DNA of 64,000 nucleotides from assembly GCA_002633005.1 (NCBI GenBank), contig NMRA01000816.1, forward strand, positions 8,531 through 72,530, written 5' to 3'. Below are positions 45,801 to 58,115 of this stretch, piece after piece. Source of the DNA: Phoronis australis (Eukaryota > Animalia > Phoronida). Each line of letters starts with the position of its first letter. The first letter of the stretch is position 1. The notes under the pieces are model-generated. The model was given only the letters and a program-made list of their open reading frames with translations. It was not told the origin of the DNA and ran no database searches. Both the position numbers and the translations under genes were made by a program.

Positions 45801-48800
45801 ACCCAGGAGTGTGTCTATCTCCTAGACATGCTGACCCTATCTGACTGTCTCTCAGAGGATGACTGGGCAATGTTCAGTATAGATCTCTTCTCCAATCAGG
45901 ATATCCTGAAGATAGGTTTGTCATTAATTTTTGGTTCTGTAAAGTTCAAATTGTTAAAAGCACACAACTGTATTCACAAGAAGCATTGTCAACTTTGTCT
46001 ATTTCAAAAATGGAATTTCTATCATTCCAAAACCTTTTCAAGTCTGACTGCAGATTATGGAAATTTGATGCAGAAATCAGGCAAAACGGGTGATTTTGAT
46101 TCCAGATCTTGTGATTTGACACAAAACATTACCTCATTGTGCGCATGTAGGTAGTCAAAGGCTACATTCCAAATTTGGCCCCTACTAAATCGGTTCAAGT
46201 GTCTCGTGTCAAGTTAAAGGCAGCCTTGACCAGGGAACATTTCTGCACACCTTAATCATTCAGTGAAACCATGCAAAGGTTGAATGATGACCAGTTCCAT
46301 TATCTCATAATGTTAAAGCTAGGGCTGGATCATGGCCAAAGAATATTGTCTACAGTCACAGACCACTCGTTGAAGTAATTGCAAGAGTTGAATCATAGGC
46401 GACATAGTCCCTAAGTTTGCTCATAAAATTGTTGGACCATGGTGAGGGAATATTCCCTGCTCTCTGTAAGCTCCACGAGGTCATCAAGCAGAGAATTTTT
46501 TTCTGGTCTTGGAAAAGCATTGTGAAAAATACTCTGCAATGTTTTTAAAATGCAGTTTACTTAAAATTGCTTTTGATCAAAGCTTAGGTGTTGCTTTTAG
46601 ATTAAAGGGGTGCTATCTCTTGTTTTAGCCTATAAACATGAATTATGTCCCCTGGACTGATAGTATACAACGAAATAACGTTTATTAGTTAATGAAGATC
46701 GTTTAACCATAAGGTTACACTCAATAAACAGCACAATTTTGTGTCGTCAAAAGTGGGCGGGTTTATTTACATTGTAATTAAGTTGTGAGTATGGAGAGTG
46801 AATGGGAAACTATGAGATGGTGATGTGTCTGTCAGTTTTGTTTTTACGTTAAAAAAAAACAAAATCCACACCAACTTAAAGTTGTTATGAGCTGTTTTGG
46901 GTAGTAAGTTTCTGATTGAAATTATACACTGGCTAGAAAATATCATGAAATTTTATCGAACCTGCGCTTTGAAGTTTGTCTCCACTCTTACTCATGTAGA
47001 CTTCGCTGCTGTTCACAGGTTATGGTTTAGACAGTGACCTTCAGATGTTGTTAAAGTCGTTCCCAGCAATGACTACGGGACTGAATGACCTGAAGCGAGT
47101 CGTCGACCTGCAGTCGATACAGAACCAAGTACGTCTGCTTTCAGTATTTTCCAGTCGATGCAGATCCAAGTGCGTCTGCTTTTAGTTTTCACACAGTTGA
47201 TACAGAACCAAATATGCCTGCTTTTAGTATTCGTGCAGCCGATACAGACCCAAGTACGTCTGCTTTCAGTATTTTCCAGTCGATGCAGATCCAAGTACGT
47301 CTGCTTTTAGTTTTCACACAGTTGATACAGAACCAAATATGCCTGCTTTTAGTATTCGTGCAGCCGATACAGAATCAAGTACGTCTGCTTTTGGTTTTCA
47401 CACAGTTGATACACCAAGTATGTCTACTTATAGTAATCATACAGTTCATACAGAGCAAAGTACGTCTACGTTTAGTATGCATGCAATACTTTGCGTAGTA
47501 AGCTCTGCAGACTCTACAAAACTTCGACAAGCTTGATTTATTTTGTAATGACATGAAACTTTAGTCCGCCGTGATATGTAACACTGGTTGTCATTGCATA
47601 TTATTTATGCTTACCTGCTAATTTGATAAGTCAGAGAAGACGGATACTGGGCGATTTCCAGGTGGTAAAGAGTTATCTTTTATTTCTTGATGAAGTTAGC
47701 AAAATTCAAAACAAAATGTAATGGATGTTTGTTCGGTGCACTTTGTTGTGTATGTGCAAGATATGTCCATTTAAGTTTTAAAACCAGCATTGTTTTGTTT
47801 TTGATTCATTTTCTTTGCAAGATAAGTCGCTTCATTTGCTTGAAACTGCTCAACCAGGTTCTTTTTTCTACCGGGTTTCTGTTTAGAATCCATTTGAATT
47901 GCGTTATATTTTAATTTCCATTCTCACAAGCAATTCTCAGAATGCTGTATTCAGTTATTGTACAAAAAGATTTTCAGGACAGTCATGATACAATGATCGC
48001 AAACTTCCCGATACACTTGCAGTTTGGGATTTTTACTTGAAACTTTGTCCGTAAATGGGTCATCACTCAGAATTATTCAAAGGGTTTGTTTTTTTGTGTC
48101 TGGTGAATTTTCTGGTTAAGCTGTGTTTCCACCTTCAAAACATGATGTCACCACTTTCAGATTCAGTCACATGACCTTCCATCTGCTGCTAAAGGTGCTG
48201 AAGCAGCGCCATCTCCAGGTCCCAACGGTGGCGCCACCTGTAGCAAGGATGAGGAGAAAGGACTGAGTGAACTAGTCAGGCAATACCTCGGTAAACCACT
48301 CAAGAAGACAGAGCAAATGTCCAACTGGGAGAGGCGACCTCTGCGGCAGGCGCAGCTCATCTACGCCGGTGAGTTGCTGTGTTGGTTTTTCAATGTCAAT
48401 AGCCACATCCAAAAATTCCACAGCACCACTCTTCTTCAGCAGCATTTTCCCACTCCTGCTGAGCTTATCGATCTTTCCCATTTAAATAACTCAACCTTTT
48501 TCTACGGTTGCAAATTGAGTTGTTCCATTGACATGGCAGTTAGACAAGTTAAGTGGATGTTATATATTGTTCTTTGCTCGTCTAACTGGTCTCAGAAAGG
48601 TATTAATGAGCTAATCGTTCAAAAAATACAAATATGTTTTTGTACCTCTGCAAAAGAGAGTTGATTTGGGATGGGGCTGTGTACAACTTCCCGTCAAACT
48701 CTGTTTTTAAGAGGAACAGTCAGTGATTGTTCAGCTTAACATCACTCAAGTTTTGGTTAAAAATTGCTGAATGTTTACAGAGCTGCCAGCTGGACAGTAC

Positions 48801-51800
48801 GCATTGTGCTCTTGATGGGCTCAGTTGGCTACAACAGGAGGTCAAAGGCTAAAACCATAAATCAGGAGTCAGCACATTGTAAAATTTTTTGCTGTGTATT
48901 ATTAATAAAATTGGTCAAGTGAGAAGTGGCATTATTTTTTAGCAATTGCTACTCCTGATACACAAGAGCCAGTTTAGATTCATCATTGACTGCGACGAAC
49001 TCATTGAAATTTCTTTGATTTGAGACAAAAGTAAAAAATTGCTCAAATCTTCAAAGGCTGAAAATGCTCAAAATCGTACAAGATGTTGGTGACATCTGTA
49101 TTGCACAAACCATGCTAACAAAGGTCGAGCTTATATAAATATGTAAATAGGTGAAGGCAACCTTTTTCCATGTCATTTTGAGCTAAAATAAGGTTGGTTG
49201 GTTATCCTAGACATATTTTTCACTTAATTACGGCTTTTCGTAATTTTATTAATTATTCGTCCGCTTTTCCGGAAGTGACGTTTTAGGAGGCAAGCGCTTC
49301 CCGCCAATTTCTTTTCACATAGTCTGACTGTGAGAGCTGCCGAGTCAGTCATTGTTCTACCTCGGTTGTGCTAAGTTCCGTCGTCGTTCGCTTTCATTTA
49401 CTAGTCAGTCAACATGCCACACTGTTGCTGCGTACCGGGATGTAATAATTATCGGCTCACGCGCACTTTGGGAGTACCTGTGCATCGCTTTCTGATGGAT
49501 GACACACTTCGCCGTACTTGGCTCGTTCGTGTGAAGAACGCAGCGTTACCCGTCCACGCAACGTACAAAGCAGTGGAGAATTACCGTGTGTGTGGCAAGC
49601 ACTTTCTGCCGTCCGATTACGAAAGGGATTTGTACGCTGAACTGATGAAGGTCCCCGCGAAACAACGCTTGAAGAAGGATGCCATTCCGTCTGTGTTGAT
49701 TCCCGGCAGTGCCCCGTCGCCACCCAAGAGAAGNACACTGGTTGTCATTGCATATTATTTATGCTTACCTGCTAATTTGATAAGTCAGAGAAGACGGATA
49801 CTGGGCATTTTCCAGGTGGTAAAGAGTTATCTTTTATTTCTTTATGAAATTAGCAAAATTCAAAACAAAATGTAATGGATGTTTGTCCGGTGCACTTTGT
49901 TGTGTATGTGCAAGATATGTCCATTTAAGTTTTAAAACCAGCATTGTTTTGTTTTTGATTCATTTTCTTTGCAAGATAAGTCGCTTCATATGTTTGAAAC
50001 TGCTCAACCAGATTCTTTTTTCTAACGGGTTTCTGTTTAGAATCCATTTGAATTGCGTTATATTTTAATTTCCATTCTCACCAGCAATTCTCAGAATGCT
50101 GTATTCAGTTATTGTACAAAAAGATTTTCAGGACAGTCATGATACAATGATCGCAGCCTTCCCCATACACTTCCAGTTTGGGATTTTTACTTGGAACTTT
50201 GTCCGTAAAAGGGTCATCACTCAGAATTATTCAAAGGGTTTGTTTTTTGTCTCTAGTGAATTTTGTGGTTAAGCTGTGTTGCCATCATCAAAGCATGATG
50301 TCATCACTTTCAGATTCAGTCACATGACCTTCCATCTGCTGCTAAAGGTGCTGAAGCAGCGCCATCTCCAGGTCCCAATGGTGGCGCCACCTGTAGTAAG
50401 GATGAGGAGAAAGGACTGAGTGAACTAGTTAGGCAATACCTCGGTAAACCACTCAAGAAGACAGAGCAAATGTCCAACTGGGAGAGGCGACCTCTACGGC
50501 AGGCGCAGCTCGTCTACGCCGGTGAGTTGCTGTGTTGGTTTTTCGATGACAATAGCCACATCCAAAAATTCCACAGCACCACTCTTCAGCAGCATTTTCC
50601 CACTCCTGCTGAGCTTACCGCTCTTTCCCATTTAAATAACTCAACCTTTTTTACGGTTGCAAATTGAGTTGTTCCATTGACATGGCAGTTAGACAAGCTA
50701 AGTGGATGTTATATATTGTTCTTTGCTCGTCTAACTGGTCTCAGAAAGGTATTAATGAGCTAACCGTTCAAAAAATACAAATATGTTTTTGTACCTCTGC
50801 AAAAGAGAGTTGATTTGGGATGGGGCTGTGTACAACTTCCCATCAAACTCTGTTTTTAAGAGGAACAGTCAGTGATTGTTCAGCTTAACATCACTCAAGT
50901 TTTAGTTAAAAATATTGCTGAATGTTTACAGAGATGCCAGCTGGACGGTACGCATTGTGCTCTGGGTGGGCTCAGTTGGCTACAACAGGAGGTCAAAGGC
51001 TAAAACCATAAATCAGGAGTCAGTCAGCACATTGTAAAATTTTTTGCTGTGTATTATTAATAACATTGGTCAAGTGAAAAGTGGCATTATTTTTGAACAA
51101 TTGCTACTCGTGATACACAAGAGCCAGTTGAGGTTCATCATTGACTGCGACGAACTCATTGAAATTTCTTTGATTTGAGACAAAAGTAAAAAATTGCTCA
51201 AATCTTCAAAGGCTGAAAATGCTCAAAATCGTACAAGATGTTGGTGACATCTGTATTACACAAACCATGCTAACAGCGTGGTTGAGCTTTATATAAATAT
51301 GTGGGGAAATATAGACCAGTTCAAGTCCCGGTCGGGACAGAAGCCTTTTCAGAGTCATTCATTGAAGTCACATGATGTGACCTACAGGTGGCGTGCAGAC
51401 CAGATTTAAAAATGTTTTCAAAGTTAATGATATTATGACACAGTGAAATTCCAACTGTCTGCCATATGTAGCCCTTAACTAAAAAATTTTACCGTAGTCC
51501 TAAAAACAATACTTTCTAGTGTCCTCTTGTGTGTTCCGTAGCATTGGATGCCTACTGCTTATTGCAAGTGTATGACTGCATGGCAAGAATAGTACAAGAG
51601 AACTCACTTGTTGTTAACCTGGAGCCTAATGTCTCCATGAAATGGAAGTCAAAGCAGACACGACAACAGAAACTGCGCGCCCTGGTGGAGGAGAGGAAGA
51701 AGAAGAAATTGAAACCACCAGTGAGTGTTTGCATTTCTTTGATGAGTACAGTTATGTAGTTTTCAAAATATACTGCAAAACGTCGAAATTCGTCATTTTT

Positions 51801-54800
51801 TAGCAAACAAAACTGCTTCTTAATATTCACTGCTTTTGATCAGAATGTGTTTCAGTTCTGCCAAAATCTCATCGGGTGTTGTATCGTACAATGTCAAAAT
51901 CTCCACTGCTCGTTACCATAGTTAACTCGTAAATGAATATTTACTGGTTAGGGTCAATATCGTCACATTGAATTCGGACCAAATTCGAAAAAAACGCTCT
52001 ACTAAAGTCTCGAAAATTCCGGCAGCAAATTCATCCACATTTTGTCGAAGTCTGTCCAGTTTAAGACTGTATGCCTCGTCATTAAATTCCGAAACCACAA
52101 AGTTTTGAGGTAATGAATAACGGAGCCTTATTTGCGTTTAACAAGATGGGTTATTGCACACTTCACTTCGCAGTGAGCGGCTTGTTGATATACAGACTGC
52201 TGAGAAATTTGTAAAAACAAAGCGCCTCCATATTGTTCTTAACTGGCGAAGAAATTTCCTGTCTTAAGGAGTAATTATGCACATCTATTATCTCAGCGTG
52301 TCAAAAAGGGTGTTTTTGATGTCAGATTTCAGGTTTTTGTTAACGACGTTTTGCTTTCATCGTTAGTCCACTTACAATGGCCCACCAGCGCAGGGCCAGG
52401 CAATCGGACCCAAGGACTTTCGCGTTGTTGTAGACACCATGCTACAAGGACTTGGTCGACAACTGCGGTGTTGCGGTGTAGACGTGAGGATCTTGGAGAG
52501 TCAGCAGTCCCATGATGTGGCCGCTGGGGTGAGTTCGTGTACTCAGTGTCCTATTAGTTAATGTACCAGGTACGCAATCATTAAGGTATGAGTCCAAGTC
52601 CACGTCGTAATGACGCAATGTTTTTTAAGACCCTTGGTGGAGTTTCATCCCACCCAGTCCTTGTTCACAACACTAACAATTCTCCATTTAGATTGGTTTC
52701 GAACTTAAAGGATGACTGTTGAGGTGGTGAAGTCGAAAACAAACATTTCATTGGAAAAATTATCCACCTATCAATACAAACAAAAGAACAGAAACTGTGG
52801 TTGTGACATCATCAACAGAACATTCAGTGTGTGTTGAGTGGTAGTGTAACTCTGATGTTACTTATTTCAGTAGAGGAATATTTTGTCCATTTTTACTGTC
52901 AGAATAAGACACACAGAGTAACATAGAAGGGATAATTTAAACACCATGCTTTTCATTTTCAAAAATGAAATGTTTTTACCAAAACTGTAATGTAATTGTC
53001 AGGCATCCTCTTAGAAAATTATGTTTTGATTGTCCTGAATTGCATACTTTATAGCAATAAATTTCCAATGCACTGTTGTTTTTTCAAATGAATTTCAGAT
53101 TGCACTGAGAGAGGAAAGAATTATTTTAACATCAGGAACACCCTATTATACAGTGAGTAGCTCAGATTGAATTCTCTCTTAGCAGTGTATTAAAATTGGC
53201 TTATACAAAGGTTTGCTGTGATTTGTGTGCAATGAATGCATCGAACAACGATCAAGCAAAGGTCTTCACAGAGTGCCAACACCCCGTTACAGTAGTTACA
53301 GTGTCGGGCAGCTGTGGTACGGCAACAGTTGCTTAAAGTCGCATGTCAAATTGCAGCAACTAGCTACAGAGTAGCAAGCGTTGCTGCAAGTTGCATGTAA
53401 AATTGCAGCAACTAGCTACAGAATAGCAAGAGTTGCTGCAAGTTGCATGTCAAATTGCAGCAACTAGCTACAGAATAGCAAGAGTTGCTGCAAGTTGCAT
53501 GTCAAATTGCAGCAACTAGCTACAGAATAGCAAGAGTTGCTGCAAGTTGCATGTCAAATTGCAGCAACTAGCTACAGAATAGCAAGAGTTGCTGCAAGCT
53601 GCATGTCAGATTGTAGCAAATAACCTTCACATAGTGGAGACGTCTCTAAGACAAGTGGTTGTGAAACAAGATTGTGTGTGGGTATCACTTAATTAGGGAG
53701 TGCGCGTTGTTTGAGAATATGCGTACTGTGGCGATCCAGTTTTAGCTATTGTCGACATGTGCCAGCAACTACAAGGCGCAGTGACAAGCAGCTGCACACA
53801 GTTGATGTTCACTTGTACTGCTCACCATAGTAGTGCATGGAAATACTTGAAAAAGTGATTATTCCTTATGTATGCCATTTTACGTGCCCCATTTCTTTTC
53901 CAGTCGCCTAGAATGCTAATCCGCAGAAAAGAATCATGCTTGTAAAAATAATTGTGGTGTTTGAGAAAAGAATATAGCTCATGGGAAAATAAGGCTATTG
54001 AATTCTTGAGGAAAGAACAGTGTTCATTATACTTCTCACATGGTTCATGGGGGAAAACACTGGATATTGCTGCAGTGTTCTTTGACTTCTCATTTGCTTG
54101 TATTAGCTGTTATTATAAATAATTCGATGATTCTATCTTTATCAGCTGCGTGACTTTGTACCAGAAGGTTGCTGTATGAATGTACGATCAGTCACCGCAC
54201 ACGAGCAAGTGGTGGATGTTTTACGACACTTCAATGTCAAGGTCACAAAGGCTGACATCTTCAGTCGATGCCAGGTAACCACCGACTCTAGCACAGTGGT
54301 CAGCAAACTTTTTTGTCACAGACTTTCTGGACAACCGCGTAATTTGTCGACCCCCTGAAGTGACTGAAATGCTTTTTTTTGCTTTTCTTTGAGGGCTACG
54401 AAGAGCAAAAGACTTTATATCTAGTATGATCAATAGGGTTCCACGCACTATCCATGAATCAAGGAACCTTTACTATAAGTGTTGGGGAGGTTGCATGAGT
54501 TTCCCTTCAGTGGACAATTTCAACATGCAGTTTGTCCACACTCACCATAGTCAACTTAGTTAACTTACATCACACATGGGTAAATTCCCCTGCAAATGTA
54601 CTACAACACTTAGGGCTGTTCCAGTAAAATGTGTATGGGAGGGGGGGAAGGCACCTTTTTTCGCACCCACCACCCATATTTTTCATTTATTTCTTCAGCC
54701 TACCACCCGTAATTTTTTATAAGTTTGAAATGCAACCACCCGTAATTTTTTATTTGTTCTTGTGGTTGACTGCATGGGCGCTTGAGTTTATCTGTTCCTC

Positions 54801-55949
54801 CATTATCACTAACGTCATTCATTACTAAGAAAACATATGTTTCTTACATACGGTTATTAGCCATCGAGAAATTCGAGCACCTGTGGTTAAATGGTGTTAT
54901 GGGCATGCCGATGAGGAGATCGGAGGGAGTGAAAAAGTCGGAGCTTTTTGCAAGTTGCATTTTTGTTTCAGTTTTTGATTCTGAGCGGATTGTTTATAAA
55001 ATTTACTAAAATTACCCACCATCAAACATGGCCCAATGAAACAACAATGACCTGTAAATTTTTATTTTTGTGAAGTACGACCACCAGCCATTTTGAATTT
55101 AAATCAAACGCAACCACCCATAAATTTTTATTTCAGTTGCCTTCCCCCCCTCCCACACAGATTTTGCTGGAACAGCCCTTACAGTTTTTGATGTGATCTG
55201 GTTGATATTTTACCGAAATTGTTACCACACGCTTATGGAGCCCTATAATCACGGGTGTCAATAAAAATACTGTACCATATGGATAAAACATATCATTATC
55301 TTATCGTATCTTTAATTGAGTAGTGGTGTGTGCCTATATGAGCATATTCTGACTTTAAAATATGGTAATTTGATACATATTGTGAATGTGAATACAAAAT
55401 CTGTTTCAAAACCTTAATGTTGGATATTGAGAAAAGTCTATTGTGGCTTATGCATGCTTTCCTAATAACTTAGAAATAACATAGTTGATATCCTGCTTCA
55501 TCCTGTGTGTTCTGATTTTGCGGCCTTGTTATCTTAGCCGTTATCTTTGCTTGTAGGTGTGTAATGGTAACAGTTACACAAAGGCGACTAGGAAACAAAT
55601 ACTTCAGGCTCGTGAGCGCAGGAAAGAGCTCGTGTCTGCTTCTGGTGACCCAGCAGGAGGTAAACCTTCTGGACACCTGTCTCCACAGCGTAGTGTACCT
55701 TTTACGAGTCCATGGACAAAGTCACTGAGCGTGTTTAGTCGTGTGCCAGCAGCGACCTCTAGTGCAATTGACTTAAATTCCGTAACGGTTGGCAACGGTG
55801 TGCCGCTCAAAGTGGACGATATTGATCCGCGGGTCATTGATAAGATCGACGAATTCTTCTGCTGTGATTTCTGCGGGAAGGTGTTCTGGGAAGGAACTCA
55901 CTTCCGCCGCGTCTGTGAACAGTTCTCACATGTCCTGGAGTTGGATTAA
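39853..55949 (+). CDS. EXD3: Exonuclease mut-7 homolog EXD3 (DEDDy 3'-5' exonuclease + Mut7-C), about 867 aa, 14 coding exons
   Basis: Exons 39853-40175, 41024-41153, 42158-42351, 42656-42869, 43632-43789, 44407-44570, 45730-45915, 47019-47128, 48161-48368 (duplicate 50314-50521), 51542-51720, 52367-52528, 53099-53152, 54146-54274, 55557-55949; phases consistent. Motifs: LPLLLQD, ExoI GIDGEW, ExoII GLDSDL, SNWERRPL...YAALDAYCLL, Mut7-C DTMLQGLGRQLRCCGVD, and zinc ribbon RCQVCN...CDFCGKVFWEGTH. Confidence 0.95.
44526..44762 (+). repeat. About 118-bp tandem duplication spanning an EXD3 exon end and donor
   Basis: gagcaatgtatggacc...gtcattg|gttagtgcagtcgg...gggcaat occurs twice in tandem. Confidence 0.9.
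47110..47480 (+). repeat. Tandem repeat, about 42-bp unit (125-bp higher order), containing an EXD3 splice donor
   Basis: cagtcgatacagaaccaa|gtacgtctgctttcagtattttc repeated about 9 times. Confidence 0.9.
49145..49733 (+). mobile_element. 5' end of a THAP-domain DNA transposon (ISL2EU/Kolobok/P-type), truncated by gap
   Basis: Present in only one copy of the duplicated intron; carries its own promoter motifs and a THAP ORF. Confidence 0.7.
49414..49733 (+). CDS. THAP zinc-finger domain (N-terminus of a probable transposon protein), partial
   Basis: MPHCCCVPGC...HRF...RRTW...VCGKHF...LKKDAIPSV is a C2CH THAP signature with an AVPTI-like box. Sequence after N49734 is unrelated intron. Confidence 0.85.
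52705..53013. mobile_element. Possible Kolobok-like MITE
   Basis: ttaa-aggatgactg start and caggcatcctcttag end form imperfect TIRs. Confidence 0.35.
53339..53620. repeat. Tandem array of 52-bp internally palindromic units (about 5.5 copies)
   Basis: Unit gcatgtcaaattgcagcaactagctacagaatagcaagagttgctgcaagtt, with 11-bp arms ttgcagcaact / agttgctgcaa. Confidence 0.95.
54613..55178. mobile_element. PIF/Harbinger (Tourist-like) MITE
   Basis: About 40-bp TIRs gggctgttccag...gggaaggca / tgccttccc...ctggaacagccc; TTA TSD at 54610-54612 and 55179-55181. Confidence 0.85.
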
Positions 55950-56033
55950 CATGGGATGGCGGAGACAATGTGTCTAGAGAGTCATGACCTTAATAGCACC
56001 TCCCTTTAAATGGTAATCAAACGTATTGTTTTC

Positions 56034-56422
56034 ACCCTGGGCCTGGATCTAATCTTTGTACCCGAAATTCAACTAGAAATTATTGTTGGCAGTTTTCGTG
56101 CTCAAATTTTGTGCAAATTTAAGGTAAGTGAAGGTAAGTGTTCATAATTCTGTGCTCGAGTACATATGTGGTTTATGCACGTGAGTTTCTGGTCCAATTT
56201 CGTACTTAATGACCCCTCTATTCGACCTGCAAACTCAAACTTTTAGCCTCAATGCTTGTGTCAACAAGTGCAAACTAGGATTAGACAGTTATACTTGTAA
56301 GCCATTATGTACTCTACCATAGAATAATAGACACCTATCTTGAGTTTGCACAAAAGCTGAACCAAAACTGCCAAAAACAATTTCTAGTTCTAGTTCGAGT
56401 AGAAATATAAGGCACAGGGTCA
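56034..56422. mobile_element. Inverted-repeat element in the EXD3 3' UTR
   Basis: aactagaaattattgttggcagtttt...ttttgtgcaaa is inverted relative to tttgcacaaaa...aaaactgccaaaaacaatttctagtt. Confidence 0.6.
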
Positions 56423-56873
56423 AGAACTGGTTCTATCGGTTGCTATAGCACAATGAGTAGATCAGTGGAGAAACGAGCGTTTCTCACTACTAGGAGGTAA
56501 AACGCGCTCGTTACGTGTCATGGCTGAGTCTGCAGATCAAGTTGACTGGTGCTTCCTCGCTACCATCACTTATTTGCTTCAAACATAAGTTGTCCATCCC
56601 TATCTAGCACATATTTTTGAAATTCTTTTAAATTATTGTGAGTTGGCGAGGGTAATAATGCATTATTTTGTTTCTTTTAGTCACGTCCTAGTGGGAATTC
56701 AGTTTTGACAGAAATTCTATTGAAGTTATTTATTGTGGGTTTTTATGAATGTGTGGCATTCATGTGCACTTTGCATAATTTCCCATAAAGCTTTTGAAAT
56801 GTTTAGCAACCAATGGATCCATAGCTGAGTTTCGTTGATACAAGGTTGTCATGAAGGAAGTTAGTGTGTTCAT

Positions 56874-57119
56874 CAGGGCTTGGAATTTTCCTCTTTTAAG
56901 GGGAATAACTCTTCTTTGGTTTTAATTTCTTCGTATTTGATTTCCATTTTCCTCTTTTCTTGTTTCTTTTTTATCATTATTTTTACTTTATTCATGTAAA
57001 AATTTTATTTCACTTAAATTTTACAACACAGAAAATACTTCTGTCACCCAAACTTATTTGTAGAATGATACATCGCCTAGAAAATCTTCCTTTTTTATCA
57101 TAGGTCATTCCAAGCCCTG
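56874..57119. mobile_element. hAT-like MITE, same TIR family as 36904-37406
   Basis: cagggcttggaattttcc ... ggtcattccaagccctg. Confidence 0.7.
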
Positions 57120-58115
57120 GCTTGGGCAGCGCAGCGCTGAAAAAACTGAGGGACCTTAGCCCCCCCCCTAGCTCCCTATGGTGCGCCGCCCATGCTGGCT
57201 CATAATACTTGGCGATATCTTGTGGAACGCACTCCTATTTTACTCTTAAGTGGAACTTGCATGCTAATTCCTTATCTCTGTGATTTATTGGCCAAATTAG
57301 TTGGAAACATAACATATAGTGACTATGTGAATGTGAGTAGGTTGAAAATTGCCAAATGTTTTTTAAAAGAACCAATTGTGTGGCGAAAATGATCTGCCGC
57401 AAATCACTGAACTGTGTCCAATAATTATAGTGACATAGTGCTGAAGAACAACACTGCATGGTGCTAGCAATGTGAGCCGTCGTCGTTAGTACAAAGTTCA
57501 CCTATTTACAGAATTTTTTGTTTTCACATTTACAAGTTATCAGTGAACACAACTTAACTTTGTTTAACATAGATTATGTTAAAATAGCATTCATTTGTCG
57601 TTTAGTTCTTGCTATACATTAGCATAGTTAGGAGCATGCAAATACATTTTTAAATGATTTCCCACTGCTGTGGAGGCTATAAGTGCACACTGTAGACTAC
57701 AAACAGAACCTTTTGTGATGAAAATGGATATTCTTAGGATTTTCTTCTTGTTGTTTTTGTTTGAGACACTAGGGGGCAGTAGCAGAGTTGGCTTGTGTTC
57801 TGATACATTGATTCAGGGAAGTCCGTAAGGACACTATGATACCACTGATTGAAAAAGCAAACCTTCTTAAATACTCTTTGAAAGTGGCTTCAGTTATTGG
57901 ATTTTTGTTGTCTTCTTTAAATGGTGAGAAAATTCAGGCCACCTTGTTTTGATCATCCACATGGGTTTGTCTGGACTTAAAAGTTGTACAGTGCAAACTA
58001 AAAGTATTCTGACAAAATGAACCATAATTCCTTGTTGTGAGGACTTGGTGGATGCTGAATTCATCATCAAACTATAGTCTGAAGGGGAGGTGACAGGTTG
58101 GTTAGGTGGCTGAGC

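Larger units (their letters stand above)
47581..51302. other. Probable uncollapsed haplotype duplication around N49734
   Basis: 47581-49144 is nearly identical to 49735-51302; the second copy starts right after the N and lacks the THAP element. Confidence 0.8.

Noticed and set aside
49735-49875. C-terminal part of the 153-aa THAP ORF
   Set aside because: Lies beyond the N gap and is duplicated EXD3 intron sequence.
53339-53620. Palindromic repeats resembling a CRISPR array
   Set aside because: No unique spacers; it is a pure tandem repeat.
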